A DNA stretch of 64,000 nucleotides from a virus. Within the stretch, counting starts at the first letter, position 1. The number at the start of each line of letters is the position of its first letter. Location: IMG/VR virus record IMGVR_UViG_3300047496_000382, one strand, 5' to 3'. Below the pieces are notes generated by a model. That model ran no database searches. It saw nothing but the letters and a program-made list of their open reading frames with translations, and was not told the origin of the DNA. The translations under genes were made by a program, and so were the position numbers. Positions 54,279 through 64,000 of the stretch are shown in pieces.

Positions 54279-56357
54279 TCAGACTGCTGCTCCCGCGCGG
54301 CGCGGCGCGCGCTGCTCTGGAAGCGGTCGTGTGTCCACACCGGGGTTCCCCTGTCCAGGCTCCCGCATCGACGCCAGCATCTGCTTGACGAGGTCGGCGA
54401 GCTCGGGGCTCTGCAGCCGCAAGTTGCCGAGCGCGACCTCTTGCTGCTTCGGTGGCATCGCCGAAATCTGCTGCGCCTGCATCATTGCGAACGACGGCAA
54501 GTCGACGTTGAGGCGCGCGCCCTCGTTCTGGTTCTCCGGCTGCATCCGCTGCGCACCAGTGAGCTGGCTTGCGACGCCGGCGAGGAAGGTGGCCGGCGGC
54601 ACACCCATCGCCGTCGAAGGCGGCAGCGCCGGCTGTCCCTGCACCACCTGGCCATCGGGACCGACGACCTGGAGCTCAGGAGGCAGCTGCACGCCGCCCT
54701 GCACCAGCTCCGACCCCGGACCGCCGCCAGCGCCCTGCTGCTCCGGACCACCAGGCTCCCCTGGCGCGAGTGGCGCGGCGGCCGCCTGCTGCAGGACCTG
54801 CTGTCCCTTCGCCTGCATCTTCATCATCACGACCTGCGCCTCGCCTTGAATCTGCGCCATGGCGAGCTGCTGCTTCTTCATCGCAGCGAGCTTCAGGTCC
54901 GACTCCTCCATCATCGTGTTCGTCTCGTCGGTCTGCGAAAGGTCACTGTCGGCGAGGAGAGCCGTGTCGGAGATTTTACCAGCGGCGTTGAGCTGAAAGA
55001 AGAAGGCCTTGCGCTGCAGGTCGTCAGCCATCTTGAACGGCTTGAAACGCACACTCGCCTCGGGCCAGCCCATGTACGCAGCGACGTTCTTCATCACGAA
55101 GCGCGCAAGCGCCTTGTGGCGCAACGTGTAGCCGATGAACGCGTTCTCGAGCATGCGCATCGAGACGTTCGTACCGGCGTAGCTCATGCCGCCGAGCAAG
55201 AACTCACGCGGCACGCCCATGCCGACCATGATGTGCTCGGACCACTGTTGAATCTCGCCGGTGAGAAGCAGGGCTCGCCCGTCTCCACCGACGGTCTGTT
55301 GCCCGACGGGCAGCGGGAGGATGGGGATGTAGTTGTTGTCGTAGCGCCAGCGCGCAATCTCGGCAGCAATCTGGTCTCGCCAGTCGACGAGGTTCGTCGT
55401 GGTGTACGGGTCACTCGTCCCGCTGCCTGCCTGCGGGAAGAGGATGCGCAACGGCACGATGTGCTCGAGGAGGATGGCTTCCTGCGCCTTCTTCATCGTC
55501 TGCAGGTAGAAGGCGTCCTTCAGCACGGGCAGCAGCAGCGGCGTGCCCCAGCCACGGTCCTGCGTCGCAAGCGTTGGCCGGCGCAGATGGAAGAAGTTGT
55601 CTTTCGAGAAGATGACGCCCTTCGACTCGCGCATCGCCTGGATGAACACCTGCGGCGTCGACTCGACGACGTCCTTCCGACCCAGCACCACGTCGTTCCT
55701 GATGAGCGCCGGGATGTTGTAGAAGTAGGTGTACTCACCTGTGATGTCGTTGTACGTGATTTCTATGTCTTCGGGATTCCACCGGATGAGCCGAATGCCG
55801 CTCGCGTTCTTGAAGTAGTAGTCCTTCGGGATAGCGTCGCCGAGGAACCCACACTCCGGACACGTCATACGGAACTGGTAGTTGGTGCAAATCCAGAAGG
55901 CTCGAATCTTCGAGGCCTCATCGCGGAAGTTGCAGCGGGTGCACTGCAAGTATTTCTTGAAGGGATAGCTCAGCGAGATGCAGGCGTTGCCGTACGCGTG
56001 GTAGTCGAGCCCCGATTCGACTTGGAACGCGCGGTAGCGGAGGTGGTCCTGGAAGTACTCCGTGTACTGCTTCTTCACCGCCTCATTCTGGTGGTCGACG
56101 ATGATGTCTGTGACCGGGTACTCGCTCAGCTTGAACACCGTCGCGTTGATGAGCGGGTTCGTCATGAAGTAGTAGCGGCACCACTTGAACAGTCCCTTGA
56201 CGGTGACCGGCAAGTACGTGTGCGCGACGTCGAAGAAGGGACTCGGATAGTTGACCCCCTGGACGTTGCCACCACCCTGTGTGCGCCCGCGCGTCTGCGC
56301 GAAGCGCATGCCGCTGGCGGGCCCCGATGCGACTCCGAATCCGCCCATGAACGACAT
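54279..56357 (-). CDS. portal protein with Gln/Pro/Gly-rich C-terminal extension
   Basis: WCRYYFMTNPLINATVFKLSEYP, RGWGTPLLLPVLKD, IMVGMGVPREFLLGGMSYAG resemble portal motifs. Confidence 0.8.
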   Translation of the reverse strand: MSFMGGFGVASGPASGMRFAQTRGRTQGGGNVQGVNYPSPFFDVAHTYLPVTVKGLFKWCRYYFMTNPLINATVFKLSEYPVTDIIVDHQNEAVKKQYTEYFQDHLRYRAFQVESGLDYHAYGNACISLSYPFKKYLQCTRCNFRDEASKIRAFWICTNYQFRMTCPECGFLGDAIPKDYYFKNASGIRLIRWNPEDIEITYNDITGEYTYFYNIPALIRNDVVLGRKDVVESTPQVFIQAMRESKGVIFSKDNFFHLRRPTLATQDRGWGTPLLLPVLKDAFYLQTMKKAQEAILLEHIVPLRILFPQAGSGTSDPYTTTNLVDWRDQIAAEIARWRYDNNYIPILPLPVGQQTVGGDGRALLLTGEIQQWSEHIMVGMGVPREFLLGGMSYAGTNVSMRMLENAFIGYTLRHKALARFVMKNVAAYMGWPEASVRFKPFKMADDLQRKAFFFQLNAAGKISDTALLADSDLSQTDETNTMMEESDLKLAAMKKQQLAMAQIQGEAQVVMMKMQAKGQQVLQQAAAAPLAPGEPGGPEQQGAGGGPGSELVQGGVQLPPELQVVGPDGQVVQGQPALPPSTAMGVPPATFLAGVASQLTGAQRMQPENQNEGARLNVDLPSFAMMQAQQISAMPPKQQEVALGNLRLQSPELADLVKQMLASMREPGQGNPGVDTRPLPEQRAPRRAGAAV

Positions 56358-57931
56358 CAGATGAACTCCGGTGCTCGACCGGCCGCCGCCGGAGTTGTGA
56401 TTCGCTCAGTAGGGGTCGTCTGCCCCTGCTCGGGAGGGTCTCGCTCCGGAGGTCCCGGAGAGAAGATGGGAGGAGCCTGCCGCTTCACTCCACGCAGACG
56501 GTCGATGCCTCGACCCAGAAGAGCACCCGCTTCACTCGTGGCCTTGCCGGCGATGAGATTGCCTGCAAGCGGCATCATTCCGCCAGCGATATTTCCAACC
56601 ACCGAGCCGATGTGTCTTCCGACCGCAGCCCCGCGTCCCTCCCCGCGGTCATCGTACTCTTCACCAGAGACCGCGCGCCGAGCAGCCAGCGCAGCCGGAA
56701 GACCCACCATCGCCAACGACACAGAGCGCGGCTGTCCGTAACGCTGTTCGTCCCAGCTGGTGCGCAGTGTTCCTGCAGGGTCCTCGCGCAACGCCTTCAA
56801 ATAGCCGGGGATGCTGGTGAGACGCTTGTCTTCGGCTTTCTCCGCCGCCTGCAGACGCTGCTGCACGTCCCCAAGGTGCGCGGTCGCGCGTGCCGCTTGC
56901 CCACGATTCAAGCCAACGACCGCTTTCTCTGCCTTGTCGCGCGCGCGGTGCATCGCCTGTCGCGCATTCCAAGACCCACCGCGCACGCCACGCAGCTCCT
57001 CCGGCGTGAGCATCCCCGTGAGCGAGTGAACTTGCCGCTGCCCGAAGCGCGCGCCGGCGGCGAGAGCTCCCTCGTTCTTGCCGAACTGTGTGAGGTCGAT
57101 GCCGGTGCGCGCACCGAATGCACCGCCCAGCCCCGCGCCGAGGAGGCCACCCGTTGCCGCTCCGCGCATGCCCGCCGACAGGCCACTACCGAGCGCGCCA
57201 AGACCATCACTGCCTTCACTCTTCGCTTGCTGGTACGCCGTACGTCCCGTAGCGACACCACCAAGCCCTGCTCCGAGAAGACTGCCCATCCCGAGGCCAG
57301 CTCCCGTGTTGCGGAGCCGCTGCGCCATCGCGCCAGACCAGCCGGCCTGCTTCGCGTGCGACCACGAGGGGGCGAGACTGTTGAGCCGACTCTTCAGCTC
57401 CTCGCTCTCCTCCGAGAGCACCCGCTGCGCGGTAGACGCGTGCCCCTGCAGACGGCCCTTCACGTAGTAGTAGAGGCCGGGGATGCCCTCCTCGTTCACA
57501 TGAGGGATTCCCTGGACCAACGCCTTCGTCTTCTGACCAAGGCCCTTCGCCTTCGCTGCGAGCATCGTCGACGCCGCGTGCTGGTCCTCATGCATCGTCC
57601 ATCCCTCGGGGTGCGAGTGGATGTGGTAGTTCATGTCTGGGTGCCGGAAGGACTGGAAGCGGTCCTGGCCCGCCTCTGGAATCGCGATGGTCACCGGCCG
57701 GAAGCCGAGACTGTGCACGTCCGTCTCAGTGAGCTTGTCCTTCGGGATGACGATGCGCTTGTGGCCCGTACCTGCGTAGACGCCCTGTTCCTTGAGCAGA
57801 TTCGTGAGCTCGCCGAAGCGCCCATGGAGCTGCGCCATCTGCTCCGGCGCGTAGGGCGTCATCTCCCCGGCAGCGAGCTTGCGGAGCTCGTCGCGGAAGG
57901 CGCCCATCACGTCTTCGTTGAGGTCAGGCAT
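56357..57931 (-). CDS. putative internal virion protein with Gly zippers
   Basis: AFRDELRKLAA, AKQAG; long GxxxG segments. Confidence 0.6.
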   Translation of the reverse strand: MPDLNEDVMGAFRDELRKLAAGEMTPYAPEQMAQLHGRFGELTNLLKEQGVYAGTGHKRIVIPKDKLTETDVHSLGFRPVTIAIPEAGQDRFQSFRHPDMNYHIHSHPEGWTMHEDQHAASTMLAAKAKGLGQKTKALVQGIPHVNEEGIPGLYYYVKGRLQGHASTAQRVLSEESEELKSRLNSLAPSWSHAKQAGWSGAMAQRLRNTGAGLGMGSLLGAGLGGVATGRTAYQQAKSEGSDGLGALGSGLSAGMRGAATGGLLGAGLGGAFGARTGIDLTQFGKNEGALAAGARFGQRQVHSLTGMLTPEELRGVRGGSWNARQAMHRARDKAEKAVVGLNRGQAARATAHLGDVQQRLQAAEKAEDKRLTSIPGYLKALREDPAGTLRTSWDEQRYGQPRSVSLAMVGLPAALAARRAVSGEEYDDRGEGRGAAVGRHIGSVVGNIAGGMMPLAGNLIAGKATSEAGALLGRGIDRLRGVKRQAPPIFSPGPPERDPPEQGQTTPTERITTPAAAGRAPEFI

Positions 57932-58730
57932 TCGCGAGGAGGGGGAGCTGAAGGTTGAGTCTTGCACGGCTTTCCTCGAGGTACCCGTTGGCGATGGTCA
58001 AACGGCGCAGCTGCTCATCGACGAGCGACGGGCCCGTGGGCGGCGTGCCTGCCGCGCGCACCGCAGGCCAGCGTTTTCGCAGCTCCTCGGTGTCGATGCC
58101 CTCGGCGGGCACGGTGACGAAGTCCGCGGGCGGCAGCGGCAAGAAGATGCCGTCGTGCTCGTACACGACCGCGATGTACGCCTTCATCTCGCTCGACCAC
58201 GCCGTGTCGTCGCGAATGCGGCCAGCGATGTCGCAGCTCACCAAGACCTGGGCGACTGTCGGGACCTGCATCACGTCGAAGTCCGGGAACTCATTGTTGA
58301 ACGCCATCGTGCAGGGGAGAAAGACTTCCCAGCGCTCCCAGTACGAGTCGACGAGGTGCAGGACCTTCAACGCCTGCACCTTCGAGAGGTTCAAGTCGCT
58401 GACCGACGCCGTCTTGAACGAGTCAGGGATGCCCACCTGCAGCGTCTCCGGCTCCCAGGTGAGCCACTCCGGCCCATATTTTTGCAGCAGAAGCATATCG
58501 AGAACGAGCGGGTGCGCGTCGGGGTGCCGCCAGATGTTGTCCAGCGTCACGCGTTTCGGTACCGCCGGCAGCTTTGTCTCCTTGGTCGGAGACTCGTCGT
58601 GGCTCGTCGTCTCGCCCGGAGATGGGTCCGGCACGTCGATGTTCTCCAGCTTCTTCGGTGCTGGCTTTTGCCCCACCGTGCTGAGCGCCGCGAGGAGCTC
58701 ATCCTCGTGCGTGGGACCTTGAGCTGCCAC
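57924..58730 (-). CDS. hypothetical protein
   Basis: GTG start with GGAGG; operon position. Confidence 0.6.
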   Translation of the reverse strand: MAAQGPTHEDELLAALSTVGQKPAPKKLENIDVPDPSPGETTSHDESPTKETKLPAVPKRVTLDNIWRHPDAHPLVLDMLLLQKYGPEWLTWEPETLQVGIPDSFKTASVSDLNLSKVQALKVLHLVDSYWERWEVFLPCTMAFNNEFPDFDVMQVPTVAQVLVSCDIAGRIRDDTAWSSEMKAYIAVVYEHDGIFLPLPPADFVTVPAEGIDTEELRKRWPAVRAAGTPPTGPSLVDEQLRRLTIANGYLEESRARLNLQLPLLANA

Positions 58731-58741
58731 GAAGAAACCTC

Positions 58742-60211
58742 CTAGTACGTGCGCTCGAGGCCGGGCGATGTGTCGTTCGCCATCCGCATCATCATCCGCT
58801 TCTGGTCCAACGGAAGTGCCTTGAAGATGCCCACGGGGTCCTTCTGGAATTCCTTCAGGAAGTCCTCATTAAAGGAGTGCTTCACTGACCACGCGCCGAT
58901 GCGCGCCAGACGCCGAAGGTCTTCCTCGGTGACGACGTCGTTGCCGATGACCTCGCTGAACTCTGGCTGCGCCGTCTTCTGACCGCCGAGCACCGAGAAG
59001 AACGGGTCCGGGATGGTGCGGTCGTAGAGGTGGTCCAGCCCGGCCACCTTGTCGAACTCCCAGAGCGCGAGTGCGACGACTTCGGGGTCGGGTGCAGGCT
59101 CCGCGCTCGCTTCCTTCCACATCTTCTGGCGCGTCTGGTGTTCGATGCCGTTGAGAAGCAGGAGAGCGCCGGTATTTCCGTGGTCGAGCTCGAGGCGTCG
59201 GGCATCGAACGCGACTTTGATTTCATCTTCGGGAGCGAACGTGGAGGAGCCGTACTTCTCGACGATGGGCGCGACGGCGACACTGAGTGCTGCCGCGCGC
59301 TTGAAGAGGTTGTGCGCGAATTCGCGACGCTCCTCGACAGGCATCATCGGGGCGTAGTCGACGAAATACGAGCTGGCTGCCTTGACCTGCGCGTAGCTAT
59401 CGAGTGGGTAGCGCCCCGTCGAAGGAAGCGCGTAGTGCCCGACCTTCTTCGCCGTTTCGTACTTGGGTGGGTTCTTGTCTGTGACATCGACGTGCCGCGC
59501 CTGCGGCAGCGCATCAGGCTGCTCGGCAGTCGGGGGGTTCACCACGTCCGGAAGCACTTCCTTGTCGCCGCGCGAACCAGCGACGAGATGTCCGAGCGCG
59601 GCCGTCTTGGTCACAACTGTCTTCGAGGCGGTACCCGTCGAAGGCGTTGGTACCGAGAGCGGTGCAGTGGTGGTGCCGTTGATTTCACCGAGCTTCGCCT
59701 GTGCGAGAAGACTGGCGCGCTCGTGCGGAGTGACGATGCCCCCGTGCTCTCCCTCCAGCGCGCGTGATGCGGCCAGATTGCCCTGAATCGCCTGGTGCGT
59801 GTTCTGCGCGATGGGAACCGCGAGGCCGGCGCGCATCAGCGCCTCGACACCGAATGCGACCTTCTCGAGGACCTCGGGGACACCGACACGAAACATTGCG
59901 CAGGCCTCCTTGAGGTTCTGCGCTGCAACCTTCTGCGCTTCCGTCGGGAGCTTGTGGCCCGTCTTGAGGAAGAAGTCGAGGGCGAGCTGGGTATTGCCCT
60001 CATCGACGCAAGCGAACTTCCGAATGGTCTCTGTTCCATTCACCAGAACCACTGCGAAAGCCTCGTCCGGAAGACGACTGAGCTCTTCCGTCGTCAGGCG
60101 GTGCGCCGTCTTCACGGAGCCAGGGATGGCGTCGAACGTCGGGTAGACCGACCGGAGAACCGCCCCGTCGAAGTCATCGTGGACATCCAACACAAGCCCG
60201 CTCGTGTGCAT
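58742..60211 (-). CDS. putative head protein with 12 KxA motifs
   Basis: VKTAH, QKVAA, EKVAF, TKTAA, VKAAS, WKEAS, DKVAG, QKTAQ and others. Confidence 0.6.
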   Translation of the reverse strand: MHTSGLVLDVHDDFDGAVLRSVYPTFDAIPGSVKTAHRLTTEELSRLPDEAFAVVLVNGTETIRKFACVDEGNTQLALDFFLKTGHKLPTEAQKVAAQNLKEACAMFRVGVPEVLEKVAFGVEALMRAGLAVPIAQNTHQAIQGNLAASRALEGEHGGIVTPHERASLLAQAKLGEINGTTTAPLSVPTPSTGTASKTVVTKTAALGHLVAGSRGDKEVLPDVVNPPTAEQPDALPQARHVDVTDKNPPKYETAKKVGHYALPSTGRYPLDSYAQVKAASSYFVDYAPMMPVEERREFAHNLFKRAAALSVAVAPIVEKYGSSTFAPEDEIKVAFDARRLELDHGNTGALLLLNGIEHQTRQKMWKEASAEPAPDPEVVALALWEFDKVAGLDHLYDRTIPDPFFSVLGGQKTAQPEFSEVIGNDVVTEEDLRRLARIGAWSVKHSFNEDFLKEFQKDPVGIFKALPLDQKRMMMRMANDTSPGLERTY

Positions 60212-60275
60212 TCAAGACTCCTTCTGCGCGACAGTACCCGGCGTTTCAGCTCACGCGCAACAGTAACGGCACTGC

Positions 60276-60286
60276 TGGCATAAGAG
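60276..60286 (+). promoter_or_regulatory. candidate phage promoter TGGCATAAGAG
   Basis: Matches 49743-49753 at 10 of 11 positions with the same 35-nt distance to ATG. Confidence 0.5.
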
Positions 60287-60320
60287 AATCGGACAGCGAC
60301 GGCTAGTCCTGGAGGATAAC

Positions 60321-60938
60321 ATGAGCGCAGGCAGCATTCCTGCTTGTTTCGGCAAAGAGCACGACCCTGCCGTACCGCACTGCGCGGGCGGCCCTGACCC
60401 CACGTACCTGCATCCCGTCACGCAGTTGCGTGTGCGTCAACGCTGCGACTTCTACGACGCGTGCGGAGCAAGAACAGCCGCCGCGACGGCAGCGAACCGT
60501 CTGATAGCGCCACAAGCACTACTTCGCCCTCCGGAGCAGCAGCCGCAGGCGCAGCAGGGCCAACCACAACTGGCACCCGGGATGTCCATCCCGTTCAACG
60601 CGTATCTCCGAGCGAGTGCGCTACAAGCAGAACAAACGCGCCAAGCCGCGATGGCTCAGCCACAGCAACAACGCCCGTTCTTTCAGCCACAACAGCAACA
60701 ACAACCCCACTACGCACAGCCGCCCATACCCGGGGCGCTGTACCCAGCGCAGCAGTTCCAGCTCAACTACATGATGCCGGGCTACTTGACCGCGCCCGAG
60801 CAACGCGCACCTGGCGAGTCCGTCTGGTCAGTGGTACTTCGCGAGGTCTTGCGCGCCATCTTCAAGTCCGTCGGTCACACCATCGCGCATCACTTCGACG
60901 CGAATACGCTCAAAGGACCGCCTCCGCCGAACCGGTGA
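60321..60938 (+). CDS. protein with N-terminal Cys motif and Gln/Pro-rich region
   Basis: PACFG...C...CDFYDAC; QQQ tracts; GGAGG ribosome-binding site. Confidence 0.7.
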   Translation: MSAGSIPACFGKEHDPAVPHCAGGPDPTYLHPVTQLRVRQRCDFYDACGARTAAATAANRLIAPQALLRPPEQQPQAQQGQPQLAPGMSIPFNAYLRASALQAEQTRQAAMAQPQQQRPFFQPQQQQQPHYAQPPIPGALYPAQQFQLNYMMPGYLTAPEQRAPGESVWSVVLREVLRAIFKSVGHTIAHHFDANTLKGPPPPNR

Positions 60939-60943
60939 CACAG

Positions 60944-60966
60944 GAGCCCCGGCTAGTCCGGGGCTC
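60944..60966 (+). terminator. stem-loop (terminator or processing site)
   Basis: GAGCCCCGG-CTAGT-CCGGGGCTC perfect 9-bp stem; no U tract. Confidence 0.45.
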
Positions 60967-60987
60967 GTCACTCACTCTAGGACCTGC

Positions 60988-62730
60988 ATGAACGTTCTGA
61001 TTCGCAAGCCGGACATCGGGTATCTCGACAGCGTCCTCTATGTACCGAAGTCGAAGGTGAACGCCGAAGGATTGAAGAGAGCCCTCACTTTTCAGACGAA
61101 CGACCAGCAGAATCCGCTCCCGTTCACGCTCTACAAGGAGACAGAGCACCACCTGCTCTTGCCCCGCGAGTTCTGGCTTCCTGAGGACTTCCTCTTCCCC
61201 GTCGTGGACTGCCGCCCCCAGACATTCCCGGAAGTGGAAATCAACAGCCGCATCCAGCTCGACCACGAGATGCGCGGGGGCAAGCTCGTACCGACGGGCA
61301 AGTCTGTACAGCAAGACGCGATGCGCGCACTCCTTCAGGGTCGCGGCGGCGTTCTCCAGCTGGCGTGCGGCTCGGGCAAGACAGTCGTTGCGCTCGACTT
61401 CATTGCTCGCCGGCGAACACCGGCACTCATCCTCCTCGACACTGAGGAGCTGATTCGCCAGTGGAGCGAAGAAATCGCGATGTTCCTGGACGTGCCTGGC
61501 GGCATCGGCTTGATGAAGGGCAAGGTCTTCGACTGGAAGAAGTCTGTCGTCATCGCGACGTACCACTCGCTGGCTGCGCACGCGAAGACGATGCCGGAGG
61601 AGGTCCGCCGCTGGTTTGGCACCATCGTCTGGGACGAGGCTCACCACGTCGCAGCTCCGACGTTCTCTCGCAGCGCCGACCTCTTCTATGGTTACCGCCT
61701 CGGCCTGACTGCAACGCCTGACCGTGAAGATGGCCGACACGTCATCTACAACTTCCACATCGGTCCGACGCTCTACAAGAACCTCAAGCAGGACCTCAAG
61801 CCGCGCATCTACTTCATCTGGACAGGACTCGCACTCGACCCGACAGACACGAGGGTCCAAGAGGAGACACGCGACGTCAACGGTGAGCTCCACATCGGCA
61901 AGGTGGCCGCCTTTCTCGGGAAGTGGCCGCCACGCATCCAGTTCGTACTCGACCAAATCACGCTGGCCACCGCGCAGAATCGAAAGGTGTTGGTCCTCTC
62001 GAAGTCTGTTGACGCGCTGGTGAATCTGCTTGGTGCGTGGAACAAGCAGAGTTCGCTCTACAGCGACATCCCCTTCCCCACTGCGCAGGACGTGGGTGAA
62101 ACAGAACCACCGGTAGAGCTCGAAGCGAAAGACTACGAGCGCACGGTGAAGCAGCTGCACGTCACCATCGGAAAGCTCGCGGCGCTCGCGGACAAGACGT
62201 CGGTCAAGGCACAAAGTCTCCAGAGCCAGAAGAACGCCATCGAGCTCATGCTGACGCGCCACGAAGTCTGGAAGAAGTGCGCAGCTATCTGGAACAAGAA
62301 GCGTAGTGAATTCCTAAAGCAGCTCTTGACGGTGCCCAGCACCGCAGGCTTGATGATTCACAAGGTGCCCGCCAAGAAACGCGGTGCGATGTTGCGCGCC
62401 AAGCAGGTCACCTTCGCCATCTCAAAGTACGGGCGTGAGGGCCTCAACGAGAAGAGCCTCGACACGGTGTTGGTACTCGAACCCATCCGTAGCAGGGGCA
62501 GTTTGCAGCAGCTGATGGGCCGCGTACTGCGCGCGCTCGAGGGCAAGAAGGAGCCGGTCGTCGTGTTCTTCGAAGACGACATCGGACCCTTCATAGGGAT
62601 GTGCACACGTCTCCGTCAGCATCTGCGCGAATGGTCGCCAGAAGACGGCGGCCCGTTTCACTACGAGCTGCTCGGACACCCAACCAGTAAAGGCAAAGGA
62701 AACACATGGACAACAACGGCGCGTCCCTGA
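60988..62730 (+). CDS. SF2 DNA helicase (UvsW/XPB-like)
   Basis: LACGSGKT, WDEAHH, LGLTATP, REGLN, QQLMGRVLR. Confidence 0.88.
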   Translation: MNVLIRKPDIGYLDSVLYVPKSKVNAEGLKRALTFQTNDQQNPLPFTLYKETEHHLLLPREFWLPEDFLFPVVDCRPQTFPEVEINSRIQLDHEMRGGKLVPTGKSVQQDAMRALLQGRGGVLQLACGSGKTVVALDFIARRRTPALILLDTEELIRQWSEEIAMFLDVPGGIGLMKGKVFDWKKSVVIATYHSLAAHAKTMPEEVRRWFGTIVWDEAHHVAAPTFSRSADLFYGYRLGLTATPDREDGRHVIYNFHIGPTLYKNLKQDLKPRIYFIWTGLALDPTDTRVQEETRDVNGELHIGKVAAFLGKWPPRIQFVLDQITLATAQNRKVLVLSKSVDALVNLLGAWNKQSSLYSDIPFPTAQDVGETEPPVELEAKDYERTVKQLHVTIGKLAALADKTSVKAQSLQSQKNAIELMLTRHEVWKKCAAIWNKKRSEFLKQLLTVPSTAGLMIHKVPAKKRGAMLRAKQVTFAISKYGREGLNEKSLDTVLVLEPIRSRGSLQQLMGRVLRALEGKKEPVVVFFEDDIGPFIGMCTRLRQHLREWSPEDGGPFHYELLGHPTSKGKGNTWTTTARP

Positions 62731-63200
62731 GCGAAGTCAGACACAACGTCAAAGAGAAGTGGGCTGTGTTCGTCTGCGGCAACCGCTGCATCATCGGCCG
62801 ACTTCTGCAGTTCGAAGAAGGGGACCGCGCAGAGCTGAGCAACGGCGAGCTCGCCGACGCCGTAGAAGCGACGCCAGTTCTTCGTCTCGGCAGCGCCATC
62901 GACCTCTTCTCGCCGCTCCGCCCTGTTCAAGTGCAAGGCGCAGACGGCAAGCCGGCAATGGCCTTCGCACGCGACCCGGTAGTCACGGCGCTCGACTTCA
63001 CGGTGCACCCCGTCACCGTGAACATGCGGAGCTACGACTTCTTCTACGTCATCGACGAGATGCACGAAGACGACAAGAAGACCTACCTCGGCTTCATCAA
63101 GAACGTCCAGGAGATGTCCCAACGCTCACGCGCAGCGAAGCTCGACATCGTGCTTCCCGGCAACGGTCCATTGCCCCAGCCACCGCAGCGGCGAGGCTGA
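62706..63200 (+). CDS. hypothetical protein
   Basis: Coupled to both neighbours. Confidence 0.65.
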   Translation: MDNNGASLSEVRHNVKEKWAVFVCGNRCIIGRLLQFEEGDRAELSNGELADAVEATPVLRLGSAIDLFSPLRPVQVQGADGKPAMAFARDPVVTALDFTVHPVTVNMRSYDFFYVIDEMHEDDKKTYLGFIKNVQEMSQRSRAAKLDIVLPGNGPLPQPPQRRG

Positions 63201-64000
63201 TGGTCCCCTCGTACAAGAAGTCGTTACAGGTCCTCTACGACGAGTGGAAGGACTGCAGCGCCTGCGCTCTGGGTGAACAGCGCATCGCGCGCAACGGCCA
63301 CTTTGTCTTCGGGACGGGGACGCTCCGCAGCATCATGTTCATCGGCGAGGGTCCAGGAGACAACGAGGAGCAGGCCGGACAGCCCTTCTGTGGAAAGTCC
63401 GGCACGCTCTTGCGTTCTGTGCTCAAGGCGCTCCAGGTGGAGGACTTCTACCTGACCAATCTGGTGGCGTGCCGGTCCTGCTCTCCACAGGTCGACGCCG
63501 CAGGACAACCAGTCTTCTTCCAACGTCGGCGCGGCCCGCCACGTCAGATGTTCCGCGATGAACCGCCGACCACATCACAAGTGAAGGCATGTCTCCCCCG
63601 CCTCCAGCAGGAAATCTACCTCGTCGACCCCGTCGTCATCGTGGGCCTGGGCGCAGAGTCTACGCGCGCGCTCGCCGGTAGCGGCATCAGCATCACCAAG
63701 GAGCGCGGTGACGACTACCGCATCTCCATCCCGGGCGCTCACTTCAAGCCCGTACTGACAGGCAAGAAGGAATGGGCGCACGGACGCAAGGACGCGCTGA
63801 CCTATCCCGTCGAGCAAGGCGAGGTCGACTACTTGTTCATCCCCACGTTGCACCCCGCATACGTGCTGCGGAAGAAGGACGACAAGGACATCGACAGCCC
63901 CTACCGCCAGTTCGTGACGGACGTGCGAAAGGCCGCGCGCGTCTACGAGGAGTACCTCAAAGAGACACACGGCATTCGCCTGAAGGCACGAGAAACGCCG
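63200..64000 (+). CDS. udg: uracil-DNA glycosylase family 4, truncated by the window edge
   Basis: Manual translation: CSAC, FIGEGPGDNEEQAGQPFCGKSG, TNLVACR, PTLHPAYVLR; absent from the supplied ORF track. Confidence 0.88.
   Translation, partial: MVPSYKKSLQVLYDEWKDCSACALGEQRIARNGHFVFGTGTLRSIMFIGEGPGDNEEQAGQPFCGKSGTLLRSVLKALQVEDFYLTNLVACRSCSPQVDAAGQPVFFQRRRGPPRQMFRDEPPTTSQVKACLPRLQQEIYLVDPVVIVGLGAESTRALAGSGISITKERGDDYRISIPGAHFKPVLTGKKEWAHGRKDALTYPVEQGEVDYLFIPTLHPAYVLRKKDDKDIDSPYRQFVTDVRKAARVYEEYLKETHGIRLKARETP

Noticed and set aside
1-64000. CRISPR array, tRNA, rRNA, integrase or stop-codon recoding
   Set aside because: No regular repeat-spacer pattern, cloverleaf or recombinase motif seen by eye; conserved genes are uninterrupted under code 11 with TAG and TGA used as stops. 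A tRNAscan run would be needed to exclude tRNAs

Overview
A GC-rich (visually about 65%) segment of a large tailed-phage genome (jumbo, myovirus-like) in standard genetic code 11. No rRNA, tRNA or CRISPR array was recognised. Most of the minus strand is a virion morphogenesis region: portal, terminase large subunit, prohead protease, scaffold-like proteins, major capsid protein, neck proteins, tail sheath and tube, baseplate spike, and a tail chaperone with a -1 frameshift. It is interrupted by a single-chain fused beta-beta' RNA polymerase and an HNH endonuclease. Plus-strand islands encode MoxR AAA plus VWA-peptidase, an SF2 helicase, a family-4 uracil-DNA glycosylase, and a lipoprotein plus papain-like protease. 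Best leads: (1) a dCMP-deaminase intein that fully contains an antisense gene for an HTH-HTH-PD-(D/E)xK endonuclease with its own ribosome-binding site; (2) a K-x-A motif repeated many times across about 12 head-region proteins beside a prohead protease; (3) a compact fused RNAP lacking the beta' zinc ribbon, with a remodelled rifampicin pocket and a candidate TGGMATAAGAG promoter. All calls come from motif reading by eye; no database searches were run.
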